Below are positions 37,111 to 48,964 of a DNA stretch of 64,000 nucleotides, piece by piece. The position numbers and the translations under genes were made by a program. How positions within the stretch are numbered: the first letter of the stretch is position 1; every line of letters starts with the position of its first letter. The DNA is taken from contig MU053557.1 in NCBI GenBank assembly GCA_013239625.1, positions 1,061,063 to 1,125,062 on the forward strand. Direction: 5' to 3'. The notes beneath the pieces were generated by a model. The model was not told the DNA's origin and did no database searches. It saw nothing but the letters and a program-made list of their open reading frames with translations. This DNA comes from Lama guanicoe. Taxonomy: Eukaryota.

Positions 37111-37289
37111 TACTGTAATGTTAGACTCTGAAGAAAACTGTTATCCAAGGTGTTACTGACATTTGTAGTAGAGTCAACCCCATTATAATACAGCTTATTA
37201 TCAGAAATCCCACAGACATGCAAACACCTTAAAATCAGTTGCAAAAAGAAGCTCTTGAACCTGTGTCCACCTTCACCTACTGCTTGATT

Positions 37290-38600
37290 TTTCTATTCCC
37301 TATCCTGTCAGTTCAGTCCTCAACATTTGTCTTATAGAGGAGCAAAATTTGCTACCCCCAAATGTGTGTCTTTGGCAGGCAAACTATTTCAAGCTAAAAA
37401 CAGTCAAGGCTAGAAAGACTCTGGAAGAATTTTTGACTCTCTCCCAACTGCCTTAAAGAGTTTAGGGAGAGGGTTCCCAGAATAGAGCTATCATCAGAGA
37501 TGCCTGCCAAGAATGTGGGCCAGGTGTGGTGGGGCAAAACACAGGCAGGTCGAGATCAGAGTCCACAGTGTGTCCTGTTGTCTCTGTGTGGCCCAGCAAA
37601 TGGTTACTAAAAATTTGCTTTCCCACGTGGATTGCCTTCCTTCCTTTTGATGCCCTAACCTGCTGTCTGCAACACCCTTTTCTTTCTTTAGCTACAGACG
37701 GTGTTTAAGGTGGGCACTGTGGCCATTTTGGTGAGTTAGCTCAGTTTTCCTGAGGCTCTCCCACGTATACACATTATTAAACGTTTATGTGATTTTCTCC
37801 TGTTAATCTGTCTTAGGTCAGTTTAATTCTTAGACCAGCCCTAAGAATCTAGAAAGACAGAAGACAATATTTTTTCCTCCCCACCAGTCTGAAATCCAGT
37901 TATTTCTAACCACATCTTCTGCCCTTTCCCTTGTCCCGGCCACTGTTCTCTTGCCTGGACTCTTGCTGTTGCCTCTACAGTGGTCTCTTTGTCCTTTCTT
38001 GCTTCCTTATGATCTATTCCCTCCATAGTAGGCCAAGTGAGTTTCTTAGAACACAAATCAGGTTGCAAATCTTCCAGTGTTTTCCTGTTATACTTAGAAT
38101 ACAAGTCAAGCTCCATTCATGGTGAACAAGGCTATTTTAGATTTGTGCTTCCTTCCTTCATTTTTTTTTTTTACTGCTTTCTCTTTTTTCTCTATTCCAA
38201 CCAGATTATCCTTGTTGCACTTTCTCAAATATGCCAAGTTCATTTCCCAAACATGGCTTTTACCCAGCTGGTCTCCACCTTTGCATTTTCTCCCCTAAGG
38301 TTCTCACATAGTGGGGTGTTTTTATCTTTCACCTATAACCAGATCTAAAAGAGCTTCCCACCTAAACCCTGCTCTCTAAATGCTTACCCTGCTTTATTTC
38401 TTCATTGCAGGAAGTCTATAAATTTATTCAAAATTGTATACTTAAATTTTTCTTGTACTTGTAAATTATCTGTATTTCCTCCACTAGATTATAAACACTT
38501 TGAGGATAAGAATTTTGTGTTTTTCTTTTTAACCACTGTTTCCTAGGAACATAGAATGATAGTAGATAATCTAAAATTTTTGAATTAAGGAATAAATACA
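37290..38600 (+). mobile_element. L2 LINE 3' region, interrupted by an ERV1 LTR
   Basis: tcctgtcagttc...ctcttgcctggactcttgctgttgcctc...ccactagattataaacactttgaggataagaattttgt. Confidence 0.75.
37333..37886 (+). mobile_element. ERV1-class solo LTR (MER34/MER39-related), 554 bp, with 4-bp TSD gtct
   Basis: Starts tatagaggagcaaaatttgctacccccaaat, ends tttttcctccccacca; identical gtct at 37329-37332 and 37887-37890; U5-type ttttctcctgttaatctgtct and an attaaa signal. Confidence 0.85.
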
Positions 38601-38615
38601 TTTTACTAAAATCAA

Positions 38616-38741
38616 TTTTTTTTGAGCAGAGATAATTAGATTTATTTATTTATTGACTTTTTAAGTGGAGGTAGTGGGAATTGAACCCAGACCTCATGCA
38701 TGCTAAACATGCTTTCTACCACTGAGCTATTCCCTCCCACC
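38616..38741 (-). mobile_element. Camelid tRNA-Ala-derived SINE (Vic-1-type)
   Basis: Reverse complement gggagggaatagctcagtggtagaaagcatgtttagcatgcatgaggtctgggttcaattcccactacctcc (A box, B box) plus aataaataaataaatctaattatctc tail and poly-A; degenerate TSD taaaatcaa / taaaagtaa. Confidence 0.88.
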
Positions 38742-39159
38742 TGATAAAAGTAATTTTTATGTGTCCCATTAGCAGACCTTCCTCTAATATAGAATGCCTT
38801 GCCTATCTCCTCAATATATCTATTTATCTCCCATTTTTCAATTTCCTTCCATATGATAACTTTTTATCAGATTTCCCCAGGTTATACTTTCACATCTTTC
38901 TGCCCTTCATAGTACCTGATACCGTGCAGGGATGAATGAAAGATGGATAAAGTAAGCATTTCATGCCACAGATACCCATTGAGTATTTACAGTCACTCAG
39001 AATGTGGGAGAGGTACAGAAGAAAAAAAGTAAAACGAAAGTAAATATACCATGGTTTAAATTACATCATTTTGTGAAAGTCTGGACTGAAAGACTTTAAG
39101 AGTCATCAAATGCTTTATCTTAGGAAATCTATAGCATTGTGTCATCTGTGGTAAAAGAC

Positions 39160-39420
39160 AACACTATTACCAGTGGGGAGAGTGACTGGGAAAAGAAAGT
39201 TATACACAGGGAACCCAGGTTGGAGGCTATTGTAGTGCAGGTAAAAAGGGACTAAAACTAGGACATTGGCCAAAAATAAATAAGTAAATAATGTTAAATA
39301 AAACAGTTTAGTGAATCCACTTGAGGGGTAAGTTGTGCAGGATTTAGTGAATAACTGGATATGTGTGCTATGAACAGACAATATTGAATGAAGTTCTGGG
39401 TTTCTAACCTAGGAATTTCA
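39160..39420 (-). mobile_element. L2 fragment
   Basis: ccaggttggaggctattgtagtgcaggt, caggatttagtgaataactggatatg, gggtttctaacctagg. Confidence 0.6.
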
Positions 39421-39449
39421 TAAGACAAAATACACAGAGGGCTTATGGA

Positions 39450-40300
39450 GGGGACTCTTCTCATCACAGAAATCCCGACTGACCTAGTTTATGTGCACAG
39501 GAGAATTTGTTGTGAGGATGTTGAATGTGGTAGAAGGAATAGTGGTCCGTCAAGTTGTGTGTGTCCTTATCCCCAGAACCTGTGACTAAGTTCCCTTTCC
39601 TGGTACAGGGGGCTCTGGAGGCATGATTAAGGTTAAAGACCTTGAAATGGGACTATTTTGGCTTATCCAGATGAACCCAGCCTAATTACTTGAATCCTTA
39701 AAAGCAGAGATCATCAGTCAGCCGAGTTTAGAGAGAGATGTGACATTCTGCCTTTGATGACAGAGGACGTGGTCATGAGTCATGGAATGTGGACAGTCTT
39801 TAGGAATTAGAAAGAGTGACAGCTGGATTATCAACTAGGGTATGCAGAAAGGAGTGCAGCCCTGCAGACACTTTGATTTTCACTGGTTAAGGCCCATGTC
39901 AGACTTCTGATCTGGAGAAGTCTCTCTGGAGGCTGAAAGACAGGAAGGTGGTTGAGTCTCAGGAATAACTACAACCTAGAATGGAAATAGGATTATCTTC
40001 CCACTTAGCTTTCTGTGTGTCTACTTCATTCTCTCTCTGGAGACTGGCTTTGTCTGCTTCTCCAGTGGTTAAATCTGTACGAGGGTTTCTGAGAATTCCT
40101 GAATGTGTTATATAATAGATCCATCACCCAGAGAGGCTGCTTCTCTTTTTTGAATTTACTTCCCAGACTTTTGTGCAAGAACCAACTGTGGTCATAAAAA
40201 AAAGTTTATATGAATTAACCAAGGGGATAGCACTGAAAGTAACCAGGTGGATGGAGTAAAATTGGGAATGCTCTGTCCCCCAAAGTAGAGAAGGGATGAT
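39450..40300 (-). mobile_element. Ancient MaLR (MLT1M/N-like) LTR hosting a nested MLT1D-like LTR
   Basis: acagaaatcccgactgacctagttt...aatttgttgtgaggat before the insert; ctacttcattctctctctggagactggctttgtctgcttctcc after it. Confidence 0.5.
39526..39915 (+). mobile_element. MaLR LTR, MLT1C/D-like, 3'-truncated
   Basis: tgtggtagaaggaatagtggtcc...atccccagaacctgtga...gattaaggttaaagaccttgaaatggga...gcagccctgcagacactttgatttt...agacttctga. Confidence 0.85.
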
Positions 40301-40394
40301 GCCTAGACAGAAAAACAAACAAGAAGTAGAGAAGGACACGGGTGTAAAGTGTGACATTGCTGCTTTTCTCACCCATTAGAATTCAGGTAGCCCG

Positions 40395-40900
40395 TGAGTA
40401 GTTACTGAGTGCCTGTTCCATGCCAAGCACTGAGATAGTCGCTGTGTAGCCCTGGTGAACAAGAGAGCAAGATGAATGTTCACACTAAGCTTATACTTCC
40501 AATGGGAAAGGCAGTGATTTAATGTTTTTTAAAAAAATTTACACACAATTACAACTGTATAAATAGCTGTGAAGAAGCACGAGTTTTAAAAGAAATGTCT
40601 AATTGAGATGGAAGGGTGATTCATAGAAATGAGACCTACCTAATCTATGCACTTGGGGAGAATTTAAGCGGAGATCATTTTTTTTAAATTTAAGGGTAAG
40701 AGGGATTTGATCAGACAAAAATATGGGGGTTCCAGACAGAGGAGATGGCAAATGTAATGGCATTAAGGCAGAAAGGAATATGTAATTTTATAGAAACTGA
40801 GTGAGAGTCAATATAGCTGAAGGTGAAGCAATGAGAAGGGAGTAATGTAAGTGGAATCTAGAGATAAAGGCCTGGGTATGCCATTATCAAGGTGTGATGT
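40395..40900 (-). mobile_element. L2 3' region
   Basis: ttactgagtgcctgttccatgccaagcactg...ggtgaacaag...ttccagacagaggagatggcaaatgtaatggc. Confidence 0.72.
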
Positions 40901-41869
40901 GTCATTGGGACTTGGTACGTTTGTAAATATGGGATGTAATTATAAGGCAATGATTCAAATAGAGCTTGTCTCAGTCTTTACATTTGGATCCTTGAGCCTC
41001 ACCTGTAATCTTCTGAATCAGAATCTCTTGGGATAGAGACCAAGGAATCCTCTTAGGATTTTACACGCTTTAAATTCTAATAGCTACTCTTCAAAGGGAA
41101 ATGACAATGATATGCTTTTGTTATAATAATATTATTAGGGAATCCAAGGTGGCTTTCACGTTTCTCTCAAGAACTAACATAGGAAGAACAGTGAATTCTG
41201 TTTTTCCCAGATGCAAAAGATCAAGTTAGTAGAGATACAAAATTGTCAGATTTCATTGATGTTCACATCAGCACATTCTAAGTTTCAACCAACCTACTCA
41301 CCTTCATCTCAGTATTAAAATGAAAAATGCTTGTAGTGGGTTACACTGCATATGGGTGTTGCACAGCTTCTGCCCACCTCCTCCCCAAAGAACTCTAGAT
41401 GGTTTGTTTATATTTATTTTAAAATAGGAGAAAGACCTTTCTACAGGGAAGAATGCAGAGTGTGTGTGTTCATCTGTGCTACAGTTGTTGGAATCACTGT
41501 CAGTTTATACCCTTCTAAATTGACTATAGTGTAAATTGATGAGATGTGACAATTGTTGCCTTTTCACCAATTCCAATTACATTAGCACTTAACTGAAATA
41601 AACAAAGATATGCAGAATATCTATTGATCATAAATCACTTAGTATTTTGGATGTTAAAAAAAAACTTTGGGCATTATTTGGGAATGTGTGAAGTATCTTT
41701 CTCATTTCCATTTGTCTAGGATGGGAAGACATAGACATTGAAAAGAATCTGTGCTCGATTGCCTACAGTCACCAAATGTTCTCTGCTGAATTCTCTCCTT
41801 TCGAGGTGATTTAAAGATGACTTTTCAAGGCACTCTATTCCTTTATCACGTGCAAGGTAGTGGTTGCTA

Positions 41870-43810
41870 AAGGCAAAGGACAGAACTAGAATGTGGAGTT
41901 AAGCTTTTTCAGGTGCTTAAATTTGGAGGCAAGGTGAGAGAGCAAAGAGAACTTCCTAGGAACCTGAAAAAGATGGCAGATAGGCTGTAATGTGTGAAGA
42001 TTTCTGAAGAATCATTACAACTTAGCATCTCAGGCCCTGCTGAAGGGCAAGTCTTGATCCTTGCCTAATAATCATTTGAAACCAAAAGTGAACAGAATTG
42101 CAGTAAAGCTGCAATAAAACTCAGATTCAGGTCTATTATAGATTGCTTACTTCACTTTCTATTGTTCTTCTGCAAACAATATCCTGAACTACTTAAAAAA
42201 CAGCATAAGACACATAAAGAAGCAAGAAAATGTGAAACATAGTCAAGAAAGGAAAGTGTCAGTAGACGCAAAAATGATTCATATAATTGGACTTAAAGAC
42301 AGATGAGGACTTTAAAATAAGATAAATATGTTAAAAAGTATAGTGGAAAATGTGGACAAAATACTGTGTGAACAGATTGAGAATTTCAGCAGGTCACAAC
42401 AATGATGAATTAGAAATAAACAATAATAAGATACATAGAAAACTCTCAATCAGTTAGAAATTCAATAAGATCATTGAAATAACTCATGAATCACAAAATA
42501 GAAGAAAACAACCAAAGTACATTCTATGCAGTTAGTGGGAAGTTTATCGCTTTACATGTTTATATTCTATAGGTAATAAGAGTATAGGGGGATATTACAG
42601 CCAAATTCATGAAAATAATTAAAAATTTAGATGAAATGGACAAATTCCTTGAAAGGCACAATTTCAAAAAATTGATGCAAGATACAGAAAACACTGGTAG
42701 ACCTTTCTCTATTAAAGTCATTAAATTAGTAAATAACAAAACAAAACAAAACCTTCCTACCAAGAAAATTTGAGGTCCATGTGACTTAACTAGTTAATAT
42801 TGCCAAACTTCAAAAAAACAAACAAACAAACAAAAGTAATACCAATCCATCTCATTTTTTAGAAAACAGGAGAAGAAACATTTCTTTATGTGTTTTATGA
42901 GTTCAACTTAATTCTGACATCCCACCCCAGAAAGGTAATACAAGGCCAAAAGCCCTCATCAAAAAAGGACCAAAAGTCCTTAGCAAAATTTTAGCAAATC
43001 AAATGCAGAAGTATATTACAAGTACCATGAACAAGTGGTTTATTTCAGGAATGCAGTTTTTTGCTTTTGTTTAAAAAAATTTTTTTAAACATAAGTTAGA
43101 GGACTTATGATATCTAATTTCAAAACTTATTATAAAGCCATGTCGATTAATACAGTGTGTCATTGGCATAAAGATAGTCAAAGAAATCGAAAGAACAGAA
43201 AAGTAACAGAAGGAGAGGGTTACATACATGGCTGATTCATGATTGTGGCACCAAATGAATTCAGTAAGGACAAGAAAGTTTTTCTAACAAATGGTACCAT
43301 GATAATTGGGTAATAGGAATATGAGAAGAAAATAAAATGTTAAGATCTACCAAATTCCGTATCCAAAAATTAATTTTTAATGGATCATAGATCAAAAAAT
43401 AAAAGCTAGAAACATTAAACTACTTAGAAGAAAGCAGCGGAGAATGTCCTTGTGACATTAAGTTTTCTTTTACGGGGATAAAAATCATTAACTGTAGAAT
43501 ACAAAGTTTCAAAATTAAGTGTTATTAAAATTAAAATCTCTGTTCATCAAAGGACACCATTAAGGAAATGAATGGGTAAGCCACAAAATGGGAAAGAATA
43601 AGCAAAATACACAAATTCAGAAGAAGACTTATGTCCAGAATATATAAAGAACTCTTACAAATCAACAGTGAAATGACAAAGAATATGCAATAAAAATAAA
43701 CAAAAGTCTCAAACATATATTTAAGAAAAGAATATGTATAAATAACCAATAAGCACATAAAAGTGTTCAAAATCATTAGTCGTCAGTAATTTGAACATTA
43801 AAGCACCAAT
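41870..43810 (+). mobile_element. Old LINE-1, colinear 5'/ORF1 to ORF2 remnants with large internal gaps
   Basis: aaatttagatgaaatggacaaattccttgaaag, ttagcaaatcaaatgcag, gttagaggacttatgatatctaatttcaaaacttattataaagc (GGLxxxxFKTYYKA-like), tccagaatatataaagaactcttacaaatcaac. Confidence 0.8.
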
Positions 43811-43839
43811 TGCTTCACATGGTTGTAGGGGTAGAAAAT

Positions 43840-44340
43840 CTAGACCTTACCGCATCCTATGTGGTCCCTTTCTATCTCTAAAAAGTTGTTGTCATGCTGT
43901 TCTCTAAGGCTTCTTGAAGGTCCTCAAAGTGTGCACCTGTTCATACCTCAGCCTGGCCCATTCCTAACTCCCTCCCAGCTTTGTTTGCTTACCTGGGTAT
44001 CTGGTGCTTTGACATTCCTCAGGTCAGTGTTGAAATGTAGACCCTTCAGAACGCCATGAAGAACATCTTGGGTCAGTCAGTCTAATGCCATCCCTCTTCA
44101 CCCCACGTGTTACAGTATCTCATGCTCTGTGTGTTTTCTTTATGGCACTTACAACAATGTAAGTTAATCTGATTTGTATGTTTATTTCCTCTCCTAGAAT
44201 ATAAATTTATGAACAGAGATTTTGTCCTTTTGATACCCTCTACATTACTACAGTGTGTGACAAAATGAACAGCCCTAGTAGTAGGTACTATCAAATATTT
44301 ATTAATTGAAAGAATAGATAAGCAAATGAATAAATTAAGT
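43840..44340 (+). mobile_element. L2 3' end
   Basis: cattcctcaggtcagtgttgaaatgt...ctcctagaatataaatttatgaacagagattttgtc...gtaggtactatcaaatattt...aaatgaataaat. Confidence 0.75.
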
Positions 44341-44625
44341 ACAAGAGGTCAGTGAAACTAAGCAATTTAGGATCTACATCTGTGAATTCTGGACATCTCT
44401 GGAGTTTCTGCTGCATTTCTGCAAAGTGCTGTCAGTCAGAAAAGCCCCTTCCAAAAGTGAACTTTTGCTTTAATTTATAAAGCTGCTCCTGGAGGATCTT
44501 TACTGTATCAGGCAGGTGTTTTCCTGAGGGAATTATCTGTCTTCACACCAGATGCCCAAGCATGAAAAGCCACATCTTCCATACATGAGTCAGGCAGTTT
44601 CTGATGAAAGCAGCCACTTACTCTT

Positions 44626-45798
44626 TTTTTTTCTTTTTCACTGAAGTACAGTCATTTACATTGTGTCAGTTTCTGGTGTACAGTACAATGTCCCAGTCAT
44701 GCATATACATACATATATTCATTTTCATATTCATTTTCATTAAAGGTTATTACAAGATATTGAATATAGTTTCCTGTGCTATAGAGAAGAAACTTTAAAA
44801 AATCCATTTTTATATATAGTGGCTAACATTTGCAAACTCCCAGATTTATCCCTTCCTAACCCCTTTTTCCCTGGTAACCATGAGATTGTTTACTATGTCT
44901 GAGAGTCTGTTTCTGTTTTGTAGATGAGCTTATTAGTGTCCTCTTTTTTTCTTTTTTTAGATTCCACATATGAGTAATATCATACAGTATTTTTTTTTCT
45001 CTTTCTGGCTTACTTCACTTGAAATGATGATCTCCAGGTCCATCCATGTTGCTGTAAATGGCATTATTTTATTCTTTTTTATGGCAGAGTAGTATTCCAT
45101 TGTATAAATCATACAACAACTTCTTTATCCAGTCATCTATTGATGGACATTTAGTTTGCTTCCATGTCTTGCCTATTGTATATAGTGCTGCTATGATTAT
45201 TGGGGTGCCTGTGTCTTTTCTAATTACAGTTCTCTCCAGATATATGCCCAGGAGTGGGATTGCTGGATTATATGGTAATTATATTTTTAGTCTTTTGAGG
45301 AATCTGCATACTGTCCTCCATAATGGCTACACCAAACTACCTTCCCACCAACAGTGTAGGAGGGTTCCCTTTCCTTCACATCTTCTGCGGCATTTATCAT
45401 TTGTGGACTTTTTAATGGTGGTCATTCTGACTGATGTGAGATGATACCTCATTGTAGTTTTGATTTGTGTTTCTCTGATAATTAGTGATACTGAGCATTT
45501 TTTCATGTGCCTTTGGACAATTGTATGTCTTCATTGGAGAATAGCTTTTCTGCCCATTTTTGTATTGGTTTGTTTTTTTCTTATTAAGTTGTATGAGCTG
45601 TTTATGTATTCTGGAAATTAAGCCTTTGTCAGTCACATCATTTGCAAATATTTTGTCCCATTCCGTAGATGGTTGTTTTATTTTGCTTATGGTTTCCTTT
45701 GCTATGCAAGAGCTTATAAGTTTAATTAGATTCCATTTGTTAATTTTTGCTTTTATTTCTATTGCCTGTGTAGACTGCCCTAGGAGAACATTGCTAAG
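44626..45798 (-). mobile_element. Camelid/cetartiodactyl LINE-1, 5'-truncated (~1.17 kb), perfect 13-bp TSD
   Basis: TSD gccacttactctt at 44613-44625 and 45799-45811; minus ORF 45412-45636 reads [22 protein letters not shown] (ORF2). Confidence 0.95.
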
Positions 45799-48700
45799 GC
45801 CACTTACTCTTAAAGGGCTTCTAGGAAATCTAAAATGTTGGAAATGTTTTGTTGATAGAGACTTTTAAAGAGATGGGCCTGTGTCATGGCAGCAGTCTGA
45901 ATCAAGCTATTGCAACTCAATCCCTTCCCTGGAGACATAGCTGAGTACTTTGTTAAATGGGTGGAACTGTGCCCCCCAAAACAAGAGACCAGACAAGTAT
46001 GTATGTTATCTGATTCCTAAGTCTAGTAGTTCTTATATTTTACTGACCCAGTGACTGCATCTCATTTTAAAACAAAAATGTCATATAATTACAGTTCAGC
46101 TTTGGTTCAGTAGAACCAAATGTTTAAATTTTCACTAGGCTGTCACTCGGGGGGGAATGGGGAAGAGGCTCTGTGTGTGTGTGTGAGAAAGAGAAAGGCT
46201 CAAGTATTGACTCAAGTATTCACTTTTTACCCCTCCTTTGTCTCTAGATGATTTTTCCATGACATTAAGCAAAATAGCAAAAGCCCACTGAAGACTGGTC
46301 AGAAACCATCTGCATAGAAGTATTTTTTTTCCTTTAGCCTAAAACAGTAGAGGCAGATATTCCCCCAGGCAATAACTGAGATTAATATCTTTAACCATCT
46401 AATGTTTGTGCTGTAGCTAATGTAGGCAGCACAGGTACACAAGTGACAAATTACTTATTTGGGACATTTCCCTCATTTCCCAGTCTCTCTAGGCCACCAC
46501 AACAGTCATTTTAGGGCTGTGCAAGTGTAAGTTGATGCTCCTTTGCCAAATCACCTTGTTTAAATCTCTGTAAAACATTGCTGCCATCAGCAGCTAGAAA
46601 CTTTGAGGAGCAATTTAGGGTTGATATAATTTGCAGGTAATTTATCACTGCAAGTAGATGCTTTCATTAAACAGCTGTAGGGTGCCTGTATAAAAAAAAC
46701 AAAAGAAAGGTTACCTTTGTTTGCCCTCCCTCTCATCCTTTCTCATTTCTACCCCTTTTGTTTTCTGCTGTAGTTTAAACTTCTCCTGGGTTGGGAAATA
46801 ATGAAGTAGACAACACTCTAGCATGTATTGAACTACACAGATTCCTCTAAGTGTATGATGACCTTTCCTGATTGTATGAAAATAGATTCCTATGAAGAAA
46901 AGTCGCAATAAAAGCTAGACTAAGCAGAGGAAATGTTGTGGAGGAGGTGGGTTTTGGGTTGGATCAGAGGTAACAGAAGGAGGAGGAAACTCCTTTAGGA
47001 CAAAGGAAGAGTATGTGCTAAGGTGCTGGGGCAGGATTGAAGAGGTAGTGAGAAGAGTTTCTAGTAGAATTTTATTAATCATTTTTGCTTTGTACTCAAT
47101 ATATTAAGTCGCTGTATCTCTATATTAAACTGGTGATTAATTTTGAATAAATCTAATGTGATGATCCAAATTACTCAAAATTCCCAAGGCTAAAGTGTTA
47201 ATCCATTCAACCAATAGAGCATAAACTTCTACTATATATCACACAGTGTGTTAAACAGGGGTATAAAAAGAGATTGAACCGAATTAAGTAATAGATCAAT
47301 CTATTAAAATTAAGTGGTTTAGTAGAATAGTAGAATTTAGTCGTCTAGTGGAATTTCTAACTGAAGTTCTGTGAGAGATGGGACAAAGTGAGGCATTTTG
47401 ACAGATATCAGCTTAGGGTGATTAGGTTAAGCCTTTACTTCATCATATTTTTGATAATTCTTCAAACATTGAAATTCCAAGTAAAGTTGCTGTAAGAATG
47501 CAGAGGGGCACGGGACCAGCTTGAGTGAGCTGAAGGCAGCTTTCAGGAGCAGGTCAAGGTTTCAGTAACACATGAGTCAGTGAACTTGGAATGATTAACA
47601 GTATGGATTGCATGCTCACTACAGTTTGTATTAATTCAAGGAGGTGTGGGTATGGTTGTATGCATATATTTTATGGAAGCACATCTATGTCCTAGATGAT
47701 TACTTGGACTCAAAATGGATAAGCCATAAATTTTTACATGAGTTATTGGGCCCATAAAAAGGCAGTCACTGGAGAGTAAGCAGCTAACAGGATTAATCTG
47801 GGTTTGAAGAGAAAGAATCATCACTACTCAGAACCTGGTGTTGATTAGTAAGCAAGACCCCTATCCCTTTACCATATCGCAGTCACCAGGCCTCCCTATC
47901 TGTCACTCATGCCTTTGGATTTTGGTCGCATTTCCATGCAGTATTTTGGTTCTAGAAGGAGAGATGGAGACTTTGTGGCCACACTGTTGGAGAACCCAAA
48001 GAAATTCTCGTATTTACTCATGTAAATACGGCCCAGTCACTAACCTCTTTCTAATTCATCGGCTCTGCTAAATTCAGTACAGGCTGCAAAACCAGATAAT
48101 GCTCCCTGCTTCAGTGGAGATAGCACCGTTGGCTAATAGTTTTTGAAAGAAAAGTTAATGATGAAAAGAAGTGAACATGAGTTTGTTTGAATTGAATGAT
48201 TTGAAACATTTAAGGAAAGCCAATTTAAAATGTTTTTCTATTTTTTCCAGTTTGTTTTCCCATGGGGTGTGCCCCTAGGGAGATTTTCCTTTCCTCTTCC
48301 CCACAAGAAAGCTCTTTTTAAGATTTGTTCGAAGTTATTTTTTAATAAAGAAATGCATACAACTGAATAGTTCATCTTCTAATACCACAGAAAGAAAAAA
48401 ATATACTATCAAGCTCTCATTCCCTAAGAAAACAGCATACAAACTCTTACTGTGTGGTTTATGAATAAGCTGTACCCATGGGGAAATGCTGGAGATTCTA
48501 GGAATGTTGATACTCAGATTTGGCAGCATCCCCTATTAATCACTCACTGGTCAAGGAGCTGCTGGCAGGTACATAGATCTTAGATTTGGCCGCTTATCCC
48601 TCATCAACATTGGGTACATGGGAGTTTCCTCGCTCCTCAAAACCAAGAATAGAGGAAAGAATGAATAGTTTGAAGCTCTAGCAAAGGAGCTTTCTTTGGT

Positions 48701-48964
48701 ATTGCTCTCGGATTTTTGTCCTCTAGTCAGATTTATGCCTTGGCAGCAGGAGACAGGAGCCAGGAAACTAAATCGTACAGTGGGAGTCGCTGTGGTAAAT
48801 AGAGAAGAGATCAGTCTGCCGGGAAAAGACCTAAATCCAATGGATCCTCTGCTTTGTTCCCTCCTCCCCAAAGAGTTCATGTGAACCAACTCCAGGATCA
48901 GGGCTGATGAAGGTTTTACCCTAATGATTCGTGCTGAGGTTGTTCTTGGCTGTGCCATTAAAGT

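Noticed and set aside
38665..38741. tRNA-Ala gene
   Set aside because: Stems are degenerate and it carries a SINE tail, poly-A and TSD, so it is a retroposed SINE
46199..46220. Short tandem duplication ctcaagtatt x2 (similar cases near 8268 and 52242) and 12-14 bp palindromes near 27391 and 52210
   Set aside because: Ordinary slippage products or chance-level palindromes in AT-rich DNA
48551..48958. 135-aa minus-strand ORF in unique DNA
   Set aside because: No recognisable motif; length is within chance expectation for 64 kb in six frames
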